DNA of 64,000 nt from an uncultured archaeon (lineage in GTDB: Archaea; Asgardarchaeota; Thorarchaeia; Thorarchaeales; Thorarchaeaceae), in NCBI GenBank assembly GCA_964558645.1, contig CAZLEV010000002.1:320001-384000 (forward strand), in the 5' to 3' direction. The translations under genes and the position numbers were made by a program. Below are positions 30,906 to 39,805 of this stretch, piece by piece; positions within the stretch are counted from its first letter, which is position 1; each line of letters opens with the position of its first letter. Below the pieces are notes generated by a model, which was not told the DNA's origin, made no database searches, and saw only the letters and a list, made by a program, of their open reading frames with translations.

Positions 30906-31949
30906 ATGCCCAGTGACGTGTTTGAAACTCTGAAGCTGCTGTCAGAAACACCTGGTCCCGTAGGACGTGAGGAAGAGGTCCAGAAGAAGTTCATCTCTCA
31001 TATTGAACCATATTGTGGAAAGATAAGACAGGATAAGATTGGGAATGTAGTCGCAACACTGGCGGGCTCAGAGAAGCATTTTGCCATTGTGGCTCATGCT
31101 GATGAGGTGGGCTTCCTTATTTCAGCGATTGATTCGAACGGGTTCATGAAAACAAAGTGGAACACGCAGGGCTACATGCCAGACCTGAGATTGCTGCCAG
31201 GTCAGCGAGTTCTCATCATGACTGATCAGGGGCAAGTACCTGGCTGTTTCTGCGTCAAGACTGCCCACATTGCAGGAGCAAAGGGAAAGAAGAAGATTCC
31301 CGACTACGATGAGATCTTTCTTGATGCAGGGGAAGACTCAGATGTGGACATAGCAGAGCGGGGGATTAGGATTGGAGACCCCGCAATCTATGATACTAGC
31401 TTGCAGCAGATTGGGAAGAACTGGGTTGGCAAGGCGATAGATGACCGTGTGGGGCTTACAGTCATGATAGAGCTTGCAGGAAGACTCTCAGGACTGGAAA
31501 TCAGTCAACGGCCCACTGTCACGTTCGTGAGCACTGTCATGGAAGAACTCGGAGCCAAGGGCGCTGCCGCTGTAGCCGACGGACTGGATGTTGACGGAGT
31601 CATTGTCCTTGACATAGGTCTTGCAGACGACTACCCGGGAACCTGTGGGGAGGCGAATGTAGCGCTGGGAGAAGGCCCTGTCGTTGTTGTGAAAGATAAC
31701 CAGATGCACTACTCACACCATCTCAATAAGCTAGTCTACCAGGCCGCACAGAACAGGGGCATACCCGTGCAACGCGCAGTCTATCACAACTACGCAACGG
31801 ACGGTCAGAAGATTGCAAGCAGGGGGCAGAGAGTTTCTGCGATTGGTGTTCCCTGCAGGTACTCTCACAGTAGCTTTGAAACCATCGATCCAGAGGACCT
31901 TGATTGGACAATTCAGCTGGTAGAAGAGCTCCTTATGAGCAGGGCGTAG
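30906..31949 (+). CDS. M42 family aminopeptidase
   Basis: AHADEVG, KAIDDRVG, MEELG, LDIG, RYSHS. Confidence 0.92.
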   Translation: MPSDVFETLKLLSETPGPVGREEEVQKKFISHIEPYCGKIRQDKIGNVVATLAGSEKHFAIVAHADEVGFLISAIDSNGFMKTKWNTQGYMPDLRLLPGQRVLIMTDQGQVPGCFCVKTAHIAGAKGKKKIPDYDEIFLDAGEDSDVDIAERGIRIGDPAIYDTSLQQIGKNWVGKAIDDRVGLTVMIELAGRLSGLEISQRPTVTFVSTVMEELGAKGAAAVADGLDVDGVIVLDIGLADDYPGTCGEANVALGEGPVVVVKDNQMHYSHHLNKLVYQAAQNRGIPVQRAVYHNYATDGQKIASRGQRVSAIGVPCRYSHSSFETIDPEDLDWTIQLVEELLMSRA

Positions 31950-32018
31950 ATTGAATATCCTAGTCACACCATACCTGATATAAAGCAGACACAGCAGCAC
32001 ATCATCTGGGAACTTATC

Positions 32019-33149
32019 GTGAAGACCGAAACCATTCAGGTCATGGCCGGAGCAGCAAGCCTTGCTGCATTCACATATGTCCCAATACTGGCTCGAGATG
32101 TGCTTGGTCTTAGCGAGTTCTATGTTACTCTCCTAGTAGGATCGTATGGTGCAGCCGGATTCGTTTCAAGCTATATCTTCGGGAGAGCAGGAGATATCTA
32201 TGGGCGCAGAATTATACTGCGTTTTGGACTTCTCATGGGGACCATGAGTTTCGGACTTTTGTGCCTAGCTTCGAATCCGGAGATTCTCTTCATTGTGAGA
32301 ACGCTGAATGGGTTTGCCATAGGCATGTATCCAGGAGCGCTAGCTGCGTATGCATACGATTCCAAAATGAAGATGGGGAGGTTTGCATCATTTGGCGCCC
32401 TTGGATGGGGATTTGGAACTGTGCTTGCCGGTTATGCAGCCGGACTCAACATATATTACGCCTTCCTGGTATCGTCACTGTTCTTCATGGTTGCATTTGC
32501 CAGCGCCCTGACTCTCCCCACGGTACAAGAGATACAGATTGATGTCCCCCGATTTCCCGTTGAAACCATCAGACAAAACGCACCAGTCTATCTCGCAGTA
32601 CTGATACGCCACAGTAGCGCCTTTGCCCTCTGGACACTCTGGCCACTCTTCCTGCTAGACCTCGGAGGAACCCTCTTCACGATTGGACTTGTTCAAGCAA
32701 CGAACTCCATCGCCCAAGTCGTGTTCATGGTCGGGATAACTGATAGGATGGAGAAACAACATCTCTTACCTTTGGGACTCCTCAGCACCGGAGCCACATT
32801 CGCATGGTTTGCATTGGTGACGGACATATACCAGATATTCCCAGCTCAGGTCTTGCTTGGATTCTCGTGGGCATGTCTGTATGTTGGAGCCCTCAAGTAC
32901 GTGACCGAAGAGAACGAAGAACGTGCAACCGCATCGGGTATACTGACGTCCGTCATGTCCATGGCACAGGTCATTGGCCCAGCTATTGCTACAGTTCTCT
33001 ACTTCATCTGGCCGGGATACACAGCGATTCTGCTCTTTGGCGTTGGAATGTCAGTGATCGCATCGCTTGTTTTCATGGTAGCCAACAGAAGAAGAGACCT
33101 GAGACCGGGACGTCAGCTTGCAGACCACGAGGTCATTACTTCACGGTAG
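32019..33149 (+). CDS. MFS transporter
   Basis: GRAGDIYGRR motif A, about 12 TM. Confidence 0.88.
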   Translation: MKTETIQVMAGAASLAAFTYVPILARDVLGLSEFYVTLLVGSYGAAGFVSSYIFGRAGDIYGRRIILRFGLLMGTMSFGLLCLASNPEILFIVRTLNGFAIGMYPGALAAYAYDSKMKMGRFASFGALGWGFGTVLAGYAAGLNIYYAFLVSSLFFMVAFASALTLPTVQEIQIDVPRFPVETIRQNAPVYLAVLIRHSSAFALWTLWPLFLLDLGGTLFTIGLVQATNSIAQVVFMVGITDRMEKQHLLPLGLLSTGATFAWFALVTDIYQIFPAQVLLGFSWACLYVGALKYVTEENEERATASGILTSVMSMAQVIGPAIATVLYFIWPGYTAILLFGVGMSVIASLVFMVANRRRDLRPGRQLADHEVITSR

Positions 33150-33891
33150 CTTTCACAAACCAGTAGTCCTGTTCTCGGCCACCTGTACCTGAAACAGTGG
33201 GTGTGATGTCTATTATCACAAACTCTGAACTCAATAACTCTCGAATCTCACTCGCGGAGAAAGCATAAGGCTGGGAATCAGGCTTCGGATGCCTCGGCCC
33301 TCGTACAATCGCGAGATACATCCCATCAGGATTCAGATAACCAGCCACAGAGTCAATGTATTTCTTCCTGAGACTCGGAGGTAGTGTCTGTAGAAAGGAT
33401 CTCTCGAAGACATAGTCGTATTTGGAATAAGGTAACTCAACATCATCCATGAAATCGCCGACCACGGTATGAATCGAGATATCCATCTTCTCAGCGTTCT
33501 CTCGGATCTTGCTGATAGCTGCTGAGGAGATGTCTACTGCAGTAACATCAAAACCATTTGCAGCCAGAAAGAGAGCATTCTCGCCGTTACCTGCCCCGGG
33601 CTCTAGTAACGTGCCCGGGGTGATTGCTTCATTCTTCGTGAGGCTCACTACTACCGGATGAGGGAGACCTGTTGACCAGGGTAGTTTTTCTCGTTCGTAG
33701 GCGATTGCATTTGCCATAAACGCCATGCATGAATAGTGGGCAAGCCCTTCTTCTCCAGTCATGTCCGCCACCCAGCCCCTGACGGGTACCGGCGGATCCT
33801 CCTCTGTGAAGGGGACATCACATAGAACACATCGCCCTTTGTTTTCGTGGTTCATCTTAGCTCTTTCCAAGTCATGGGGTGTCGTAGACAT
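33136..33891 (-). CDS. class I SAM-dependent methyltransferase (TPMT/TehB-like) with N-terminal CxxC..HxxC motif
   Basis: LPW, LLEPGAGNG, VTAVDIS, YDYVFERSF. Confidence 0.82.
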   Translation of the reverse strand: MSTTPHDLERAKMNHENKGRCVLCDVPFTEEDPPVPVRGWVADMTGEEGLAHYSCMAFMANAIAYEREKLPWSTGLPHPVVVSLTKNEAITPGTLLEPGAGNGENALFLAANGFDVTAVDISSAAISKIRENAEKMDISIHTVVGDFMDDVELPYSKYDYVFERSFLQTLPPSLRKKYIDSVAGYLNPDGMYLAIVRGPRHPKPDSQPYAFSASEIRELLSSEFVIIDITPTVSGTGGREQDYWFVKATVK

Positions 33892-34190
33892 TTGAACAGG
33901 AACGCGGCACCCTTATAGATACATGGGCGAGTGACGGAAAATAGTAAAGTTCCCCCTTTTTTCTTCGAATCTGTCCAAGTTTCTTCTCTGCAAGTGAACA
34001 CTCTTCTGAAAGACTATCATGGTAGGACACGGGAGCACGGTCATATAGATGAGCGCATGGAGTCTCAGAAGATTCTCGCGCGGATCAGAAGGGCCTAGAA
34101 TCATGATGACAGGTCTTCACACAAGGAAAACCATTTGTAACTTCGTGTGCAACACACCCGTGATTATCTGCTAAGCGATGAGGGTGTTAT

Positions 34191-35192
34191 TTGAGCCGTA
34201 GAGTGCTAATCAGTTACGCAATCAGAGCAATCGGGCTCTTCTTGTTCGTCTACATAGTCATGAGTATCGACATTCAGCGAATGGTTGTATTAGCACTCGA
34301 TTTGGACTTGGCCGTGCTCCTCGTGATGATATCGATTGTCGCCGCTATAGTTATTCTGAGAGGTATAAGGTGGCAAGTTCTTGGTGAAGAGATGGGATTG
34401 TGTTTCACAAAAAGAGAGGCTGTTGATGCGCTCTGTGTGTCTCAAGTGACTGGTCTGGTCCTGCCCGGAGCCCTCGGGGATCTGATTCGCGTTCCCTATC
34501 TTACTTCGAGGGGAAATTCAACGGATGTCGCAACTCTCAGCATTCTTGTAGATGCGATAACAGCATCTGTCATTCCCTATTCTGTGGCCATACTTGCCCT
34601 CATCCAGATCTTTGAAATCCCTGTCACCGTGAGTTCGCTCTTGATTCCCATTCTCTGGATTGGAGGACTCTATCTAGTCTACAGAGTTCTGAAGGCAACC
34701 TTGTGGCCATGGATAGTAACAGCACGGCTCAGGAAACTGATGACCTCCGGAATCACCGGCAACGTTCTCTTCGATATACCTGCCACAATTCGGTCTATCG
34801 GACTGAAGAAGACAGGACTTGCGATAATCCTAGCAGCAAGCTCGTGGTTTCTGTATACGGTGCAAGGATACCTCCTTGCAGCTGCGATGGGGTTGAACAT
34901 AACATGGAACTATCTAGCAATCTCTCTGAGTGTTTCAATAATGCTCACAGCAATCCCCGTCTCGATAGTTGGTCTGGGAATTCGAGAGGGAACTCTGCTG
35001 TTTATGTTCGGACTCGTGGGCATTGAGGCGGTGACTACGGTCGCATTCTCACTAACTCTTCTCGTGACATCTCTGACTCCGTCCATTGCAGGCATCATTA
35101 GCTGGATGAGGGATCCGTTTCTAGATGCGGAAACCCATCCCATGAGTCTCTCACTAGGAGCAAGTCGTCCAGCCAATTCTGAACATGAGTAA
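34191..35192 (+). CDS. lysylphosphatidylglycerol synthase TM / flippase-like membrane protein
   Basis: RGIRW, LPGALGDLIR, IPVSIVGLGIRE. Confidence 0.85.
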   Translation: MSRRVLISYAIRAIGLFLFVYIVMSIDIQRMVVLALDLDLAVLLVMISIVAAIVILRGIRWQVLGEEMGLCFTKREAVDALCVSQVTGLVLPGALGDLIRVPYLTSRGNSTDVATLSILVDAITASVIPYSVAILALIQIFEIPVTVSSLLIPILWIGGLYLVYRVLKATLWPWIVTARLRKLMTSGITGNVLFDIPATIRSIGLKKTGLAIILAASSWFLYTVQGYLLAAAMGLNITWNYLAISLSVSIMLTAIPVSIVGLGIREGTLLFMFGLVGIEAVTTVAFSLTLLVTSLTPSIAGIISWMRDPFLDAETHPMSLSLGASRPANSEHE

Positions 35193-35304
35193 GAACTGTC
35201 ATGCCGAGAGAGATTGCGAGAAAGCATGTCTTTGATAACAGAGACAGGATGTCTATAGATCAGACAGTTGCATCGTCAGGAGAAGACCTCGGAGATTATC
35301 GACG

Positions 35305-36147
35305 TTGATGGAAATCAGGCCGATGGAGAAGAAAGATATTCCTTTTGCAGTGGGGCTGACAACCTCAGAGGGCTGGTCAAGCATTCCTTTGGATTTTGAG
35401 GCTCTTGTGAGTTATCATCCCACTGCTGCGTTTGTGGCTGAGAGAAGAAGCGAGAGACTCGGCATGGTGAGTGCAGTCTCATACGGCTCTTTTGGATTCA
35501 TAGGGAATCTGATAGTAGAGAAGGAGCAGCGAAAAAGAGGGATAGGAACCGACCTGATGAACCATGGAATAGACCACTTAGAACGGCTTGGCAATGCGAG
35601 TATCTTCCTTGATGCCGTGCAAGAAGCTCAGCCTCTCTATCAACAGCTGGGCTTCAGACGCCTCTGCGAGTCTATGCGCTTTAGTGGCTGCATCCAGTGC
35701 AAACAGGACAGGAGTACAAGAGTCATCCAGAACCAAGACACTACCTCCATCTTCAACATGGACAGGAGAGCCTTTGGAGCTGACAGGAGCTTCTTCCTTA
35801 TGAATACTCTACAGCATCATCGTAGTACCTGCAAAGTAGCAGTTGATGATAAGGGAGTGAGAGGATACTGCCTAGCCGTCCAAACTCCGGACTGGCTGAA
35901 GATTGGGCCTCTCATAGTTGAAGAGGACGCCGATGTTGTTGGAAATCTGTTGAGAGCGCTGCTTGAAGACTGGAAGACTGCACGAGTAAAGGTTGGTGTC
36001 CTAGAGGAGAACACCGAGGCAGTCAAGCTCTACCGAAGTATTGGGCTTCAAGAAGCATCTCCGTCGATTCGGATGATAAGAGGCGAACAAGTCCCTGAGA
36101 GAAAACACGGTAACGAGTTTGCCATTGGTTCGCCTGCAAAGGGGTAG
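35305..36147 (+). CDS. tandem-GNAT acetyltransferase
   Basis: IGNLIV..EQRKRGIG, LYQQLGF, FGADR, KIGPL, C-term SPAKG. Confidence 0.88.
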   Translation: MMEIRPMEKKDIPFAVGLTTSEGWSSIPLDFEALVSYHPTAAFVAERRSERLGMVSAVSYGSFGFIGNLIVEKEQRKRGIGTDLMNHGIDHLERLGNASIFLDAVQEAQPLYQQLGFRRLCESMRFSGCIQCKQDRSTRVIQNQDTTSIFNMDRRAFGADRSFFLMNTLQHHRSTCKVAVDDKGVRGYCLAVQTPDWLKIGPLIVEEDADVVGNLLRALLEDWKTARVKVGVLEENTEAVKLYRSIGLQEASPSIRMIRGEQVPERKHGNEFAIGSPAKG

Positions 36148-36399
36148 CAGACAGAGAGTAACCAACAGAACAGAAGCTTGGAGTATCGCAGCTCGAACAG
36201 TCAGCTACAGTAACGAGCAACATAGCTGAAACTGAAAGGCAGACAGACCTGAACAGATCCGTGGTCTCGGAGATTCGTTCAGATGCCATTGTGCAGAAGT
36301 ATCAGTCTACTATCCAGGATTGGCCAGTTCGCAGCGAACAGCGGGCAGATCCCATCATCGGTATCAGTGAGAATTAGCAGAAAATATTGATAGAAGTAC

Positions 36400-36522
36400 T
36401 CAAGTGGCTTCCCACGCGAGTACTTCTTCGCGGGTGATTATGTCTTCATGACGTTCTGAGGGAGAGCCGTGCTCTTCTTGGGCAAATGCTCTCATTTGAT
36501 CAATATCGTTATTCAAGGTCAT
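36400..36522 (-). CDS. small peptide 4 (MTLNNDIDQMRAFAQEEHGSPSERHEDIITREEVLAWEAT)
   Basis: ATG directly follows peptide 3 stop; N-term MTLNND resembles peptide 3 MTTNND; lacks the C-terminal motif; alternative TTG start at 36516. Confidence 0.4.
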   Translation of the reverse strand: MTLNNDIDQMRAFAQEEHGSPSERHEDIITREEVLAWEAT

Positions 36523-36615
36523 CTACCTGTATAGATACGAGTAAGCAAGCGCCCGTGTTGACACTTCCATTCTATCCTTCTTTGATCCAGTTACACAGTC
36601 ATTGTTGGTGGTCAA
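36523..36615 (-). CDS. small peptide 3 (MTTNNDCVTGSKKDRMEVSTRALAYSYLYR)
   Basis: TTG start 8 nt after GGAGG; shared C-terminal motif. Confidence 0.7.
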   Translation of the reverse strand: MTTNNDCVTGSKKDRMEVSTRALAYSYLYR

Positions 36616-36620
36616 TTCAT

Positions 36621-36719
36621 TTACCTCCTGTATGCAAATGCATAGCCTACAGCCTCAGTTGAAACAGCTCTGACTCTGTTCATCTTTGCGTCGGACTCGT
36701 TTCTTGTGAAATATGCCAA
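36621..36719 (-). CDS. small peptide 2 (MAYFTRNESDAKMNRVRAVSTEAVGYAFAYRR)
   Basis: TTG start 9 nt after GGAGG; shared C-terminal motif with synonymous substitutions relative to peptide 1. Confidence 0.75.
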   Translation of the reverse strand: MAYFTRNESDAKMNRVRAVSTEAVGYAFAYRR

Positions 36720-36725
36720 CTACTA

Positions 36726-36830
36726 CTACCTCCGGTATACATAGGCGTAGGCAACAGCCTCGGCCTTCATCATTCGCGAGTCCAGATTCTTTCCAAGGGA
36801 TTCCTTTCTAGTGTTCTTTGCTAATGCCAT
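36726..36830 (-). CDS. small peptide 1 (MALAKNTRKESLGKNLDSRMMKAEAVAYAYVYRR)
   Basis: ATG 6 nt after GGTGA RBS, downstream of TATA box; shared C-terminal motif. Confidence 0.78.
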   Translation of the reverse strand: MALAKNTRKESLGKNLDSRMMKAEAVAYAYVYRR

Positions 36831-36845
36831 TGTTTTTCACCGTTT

Positions 36846-36910
36846 TAGTTTGTCAAACAAACTATTCTTACAGTATTAGTTGTGTACCTTTACCAATATA
36901 AAGGTTTGCC
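36846..36910 (-). promoter_or_regulatory. promoter (TTTATA at 36902-36897) and palindromic operator-like site for the peptide array
   Basis: TAGTTTGT-caa-ACAAACTA (36846-36864) perfect 8-bp inverted repeat between TATA box and RBS. Confidence 0.6.
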
Positions 36911-37393
36911 TTCCAAACTATATATGCCTATTTTGGTGTATCTGATGCACTTTAAGCATGTTGTGCATTTATGCATGGAACTGAACCTTGAACTGTCTGC
37001 AACCCCACAATCAATTAGACGTTCCAAGCACTATGTGAATCATCAGCACTCTCTGTCGCGCATCAGACTTGAGAGTGACAGAGATTTCGACTCGTCACGA
37101 AATGACACTACTCCACAGAACTGTCTAGATGTGCAAGAAGGGCGGAATCAGTTTGGTCTAGGATCAGCTTCTTCGCAGAGTGGCTTGCGATTGAGAACCA
37201 ACACCACTTAGGTCGTGCCGCCCTCCCAGATGCAAGGGAGGAGGACATTCACGTATTGCCCTTCAAGATATGGTTTATCGAATCAACTGGTAGGTGCTAG
37301 ATAGTTTTATACGCAAACGTTTATATTAGAAGCTGCAGACTTATACAGCTGTACAGAGGGTTGTTCTGTAGTAGTTCCAGCGGTGAGATGTGA

Positions 37394-38143
37394 ATGAATG
37401 AAGAAGAAATCACCGACTCGCTAAAGAGCGCGGATGAGATTGAGTTCTACGACAAGGGAAAAATCCAGAACGAGCTCATATTTATCACGCATGATGATAA
37501 GATGCAGGCTCTAGACGACCCTGTCCGGTTAACCATAGTCACCGTTCTTCGCAAAGGCGTCCCTGACACCCTTACCACAAAGAGGGTAGATGAGAAAACA
37601 GGGGATACAATCATACGACAACGCGAAGTGCAGCGTCATGCACTATCTGTAGTTGAAATAGTCAAGATGTCACAGGAACATGCCGATGTGGAAGAGATAA
37701 CAAAGAACCAAGTCTATCACCATCTTCCAAAGCTTGAAGACGCCGGTCTGGTTGTGAAATATTGCACAGCAAGAACTGGGAAGCGAACTACGGACTATTA
37801 TCGACGTACAGCCAAGGGCTTTGTGATTGCTGCCGGCTTTCTATCAGCTGACAAGAAGCAGCGAGAAAATAAATTGGAACTGCTCGTTGAGAGACTCGAC
37901 AAGGTTTTCGGGGTAGAACTCTCCAAGGAGGAGGCTCAGGAAGTGGAGCGCCTCATAAGAGAGGAATGGGAGATTGAAGCCAAGGGACGGTCCAAAGTTG
38001 CAAACATGATTCGCGGGGACGTTGTGGACAGCGACGTTCTCGACCTGTACGGTTACCTTGTCGATTTGTGGTCCCTAAAGGATGAGCGGCTTCTTGAGAT
38101 CAAGGAGAAGCTACGAGCCATAGTCTTCTCTGACAGCGAGTGA
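37394..38143 (+). CDS. winged helix-turn-helix (ArsR-like) transcriptional regulator
   Basis: ALDDPVRLTI, NQVYHHLPKLEDAGLV, DYYRRTAK; GGTGA RBS. Confidence 0.82.
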   Translation: MNEEEITDSLKSADEIEFYDKGKIQNELIFITHDDKMQALDDPVRLTIVTVLRKGVPDTLTTKRVDEKTGDTIIRQREVQRHALSVVEIVKMSQEHADVEEITKNQVYHHLPKLEDAGLVVKYCTARTGKRTTDYYRRTAKGFVIAAGFLSADKKQRENKLELLVERLDKVFGVELSKEEAQEVERLIREEWEIEAKGRSKVANMIRGDVVDSDVLDLYGYLVDLWSLKDERLLEIKEKLRAIVFSDSE

Positions 38144-38192
38144 TGACAATAGTTTTCTAGGCCAGACGTCGACTGTCTGCCGATCCTCTCAA

Positions 38193-38429
38193 TCAGCATT
38201 CAGCGCATATATTCGTCTGTGTTTCAAGAATGCCCGGAATAGCCTTCAGCTTTTCCGAAAGGAACCGCCCCATATCCTCCTTACTCTTGAATTCTCCTTT
38301 GATAATTATATCATAGGCCCCAAAGAGGATGAAGGCTTCCAAGGTTTCATCAAGACTCTTGATTTTATCAAGAATCTTCTTGTTTCTATCAGGTCCGACC
38401 TTGAGCAGGATGTAGGCATATATAGGCAT
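38193..38429 (-). CDS. stand-alone Lrp/AsnC ligand-binding domain protein
   Basis: AYILLKV, LFGAYDIIIK, IPGILETQT. Confidence 0.85.
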   Translation of the reverse strand: MPIYAYILLKVGPDRNKKILDKIKSLDETLEAFILFGAYDIIIKGEFKSKEDMGRFLSEKLKAIPGILETQTNICAEC

Positions 38430-38505
38430 CTGGTCACACTCTTTTCAAGAATTGGAACAGCGTGAGATATTCCTCTTTATTACTGTTGCAGTGCCAAGAC
38501 CAGTA

Positions 38506-38877
38506 TCACATGATGCCCTTGAGTGCAAGGGCGGTCATCTCAAGGTCTATGATTGCCAAGGCGGGAACCGCACTTCCATCAACCCAAGCAATGACCCATG
38601 TGTCGCCGATGACCTGCGCCATCATCAAATGTCCTTTCTTATCACCTGCAGTTCCGGCATAACGATTTTCATCGTCTATCACGGTGCTGTATTCGGTGTC
38701 ACCCAGTGTGATGTGCGATCCGGTCCTCAAGGAGTCACGAATCTGTTCAATCTCGCCTACCAGGTTCCAGTTGGATGTCTGCCATATTACCGTTGAGTCG
38801 GTACTCACTGCAAACGCTTGGAATTTCGAGTTGTTGTGGTATAGAGAGTTCCAAGCCTTGTCGATAGTTGACTCCAA
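38506..38877 (-). CDS. Asgard-type profilin (paralog 2)
   Basis: IWQTSNW, ITLGDTEY, KKGHLMM, VIAWV pattern resembling Asgard profilins; paralogous to the adjacent gene. Confidence 0.65.
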   Translation of the reverse strand: MESTIDKAWNSLYHNNSKFQAFAVSTDSTVIWQTSNWNLVGEIEQIRDSLRTGSHITLGDTEYSTVIDDENRYAGTAGDKKGHLMMAQVIGDTWVIAWVDGSAVPALAIIDLEMTALALKGIM

Positions 38878-38967
38878 GTTTCATCCCCAGGGGATATTAT
38901 GTTCAGTATTGAAGGGAATTGGAAACGCATTCCACGAGAAGGAATCTAGCCCGAGAAGCACTCGAAA

Positions 38968-39348
38968 CTAGATTTTCCCTTTGAGGGCCTTGGCTGCACG
39001 ATCTACGTCAACGTAGATCCCATCAGGTGATGCATTGGGGTCAGCCCATGCGACCACAAACTTCTCACCCTCAATCTTCGCCAACACAAGGATACCATTC
39101 CCAGAAACGCTTCGAGCAACCAAGCTGTCTGGCGTTGTCCTGAGTGTGCTATATTTGACTTGGTTCTGAACCACCGAAGTGGCATTGTTCTTGACAGCCG
39201 AACCTAGGGCTGCAGCGTCCTCTGCTAGGTCCCAATTGTCGCTCTGCCATAACACGTTACCTGATGTGGTTATTACACCGAAGGCCTGAACCATCTCTTT
39301 CGAGTCGTTGTATGCTTGCGTATATGCTTCCATAACTGGATCTGCCAT
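38968..39348 (-). CDS. Asgard-type profilin
   Basis: 126 aa; GVI...G.VLWQSDNW, VKYSTL, SVSGNGILV, VAWADP..P pattern as in Loki/Thor profilins; GGTGA RBS. Confidence 0.75.
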   Translation of the reverse strand: MADPVMEAYTQAYNDSKEMVQAFGVITTSGNVLWQSDNWDLAEDAAALGSAVKNNATSVVQNQVKYSTLRTTPDSLVARSVSGNGILVLAKIEGEKFVVAWADPNASPDGIYVDVDRAAKALKGKI

Positions 39349-39488
39349 TCTGAATTCACCCCGATTCAGTCTAACTGTCGGTCTATAGGCAGGAAGAACA
39401 GTGATTCCATTTTAACTTAATCACGATAGCCTCCTTTCACTTCCGATAACATAATAGTGGAGCGCCACCTCAGTCAGAGAGACTAAGA

Positions 39489-39791
39489 ATGAATGATGAA
39501 GCTATCTGGGAAGGTGAGGCCGGCACCTTTGTCAGGGTTGTTGTGAAGACGCAGTCAAGAGATGAAGAGTTTGTGGCTGATGTTTCACCAGACTTCATTG
39601 AGGTGAATCTTCGTAGTGCGCCCCGAAAGGGCAAGGCAAACAGGGAGCTCTTGAAGCAGTTCTCTGATCTTTTTGATTGCTCCACATCAGAAATCGTGAT
39701 TGCATCAGGTCATAGGTCGCGGGAGAAGGTACTTCTTATCTTAGGACGGCACGCCGAAGAAGTCAGAAAGACGCTGGTCGAAAACGTATAA
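39489..39791 (+). CDS. DUF167 / UPF0235 (YggU-like) protein
   Basis: APRKGKANRELL, IASGHRSREK. Confidence 0.85.
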   Translation: MNDEAIWEGEAGTFVRVVVKTQSRDEEFVADVSPDFIEVNLRSAPRKGKANRELLKQFSDLFDCSTSEIVIASGHRSREKVLLILGRHAEEVRKTLVENV

Positions 39792-39805
39792 ATGACACAG
39801 TCATT

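Noticed and set aside
36720-36728. Pyrrolysine/amber readthrough fusing peptides 1 and 2
   Set aside because: There are three consecutive TAG codons, P2 has its own SD and TTG start, and no pyl genes are in the window
36520-36770. CRISPR-like or non-coding repeat explanation for the ~105-nt periodic motif
   Set aside because: The repeats are degenerate mainly at silent codon positions, end at stop codons and lie in ORFs with RBSs; no cas genes are present
36882-37211. 109-aa plus-strand ORF
   Set aside because: Overlaps the AT-rich promoter region, has no RBS and no recognisable composition
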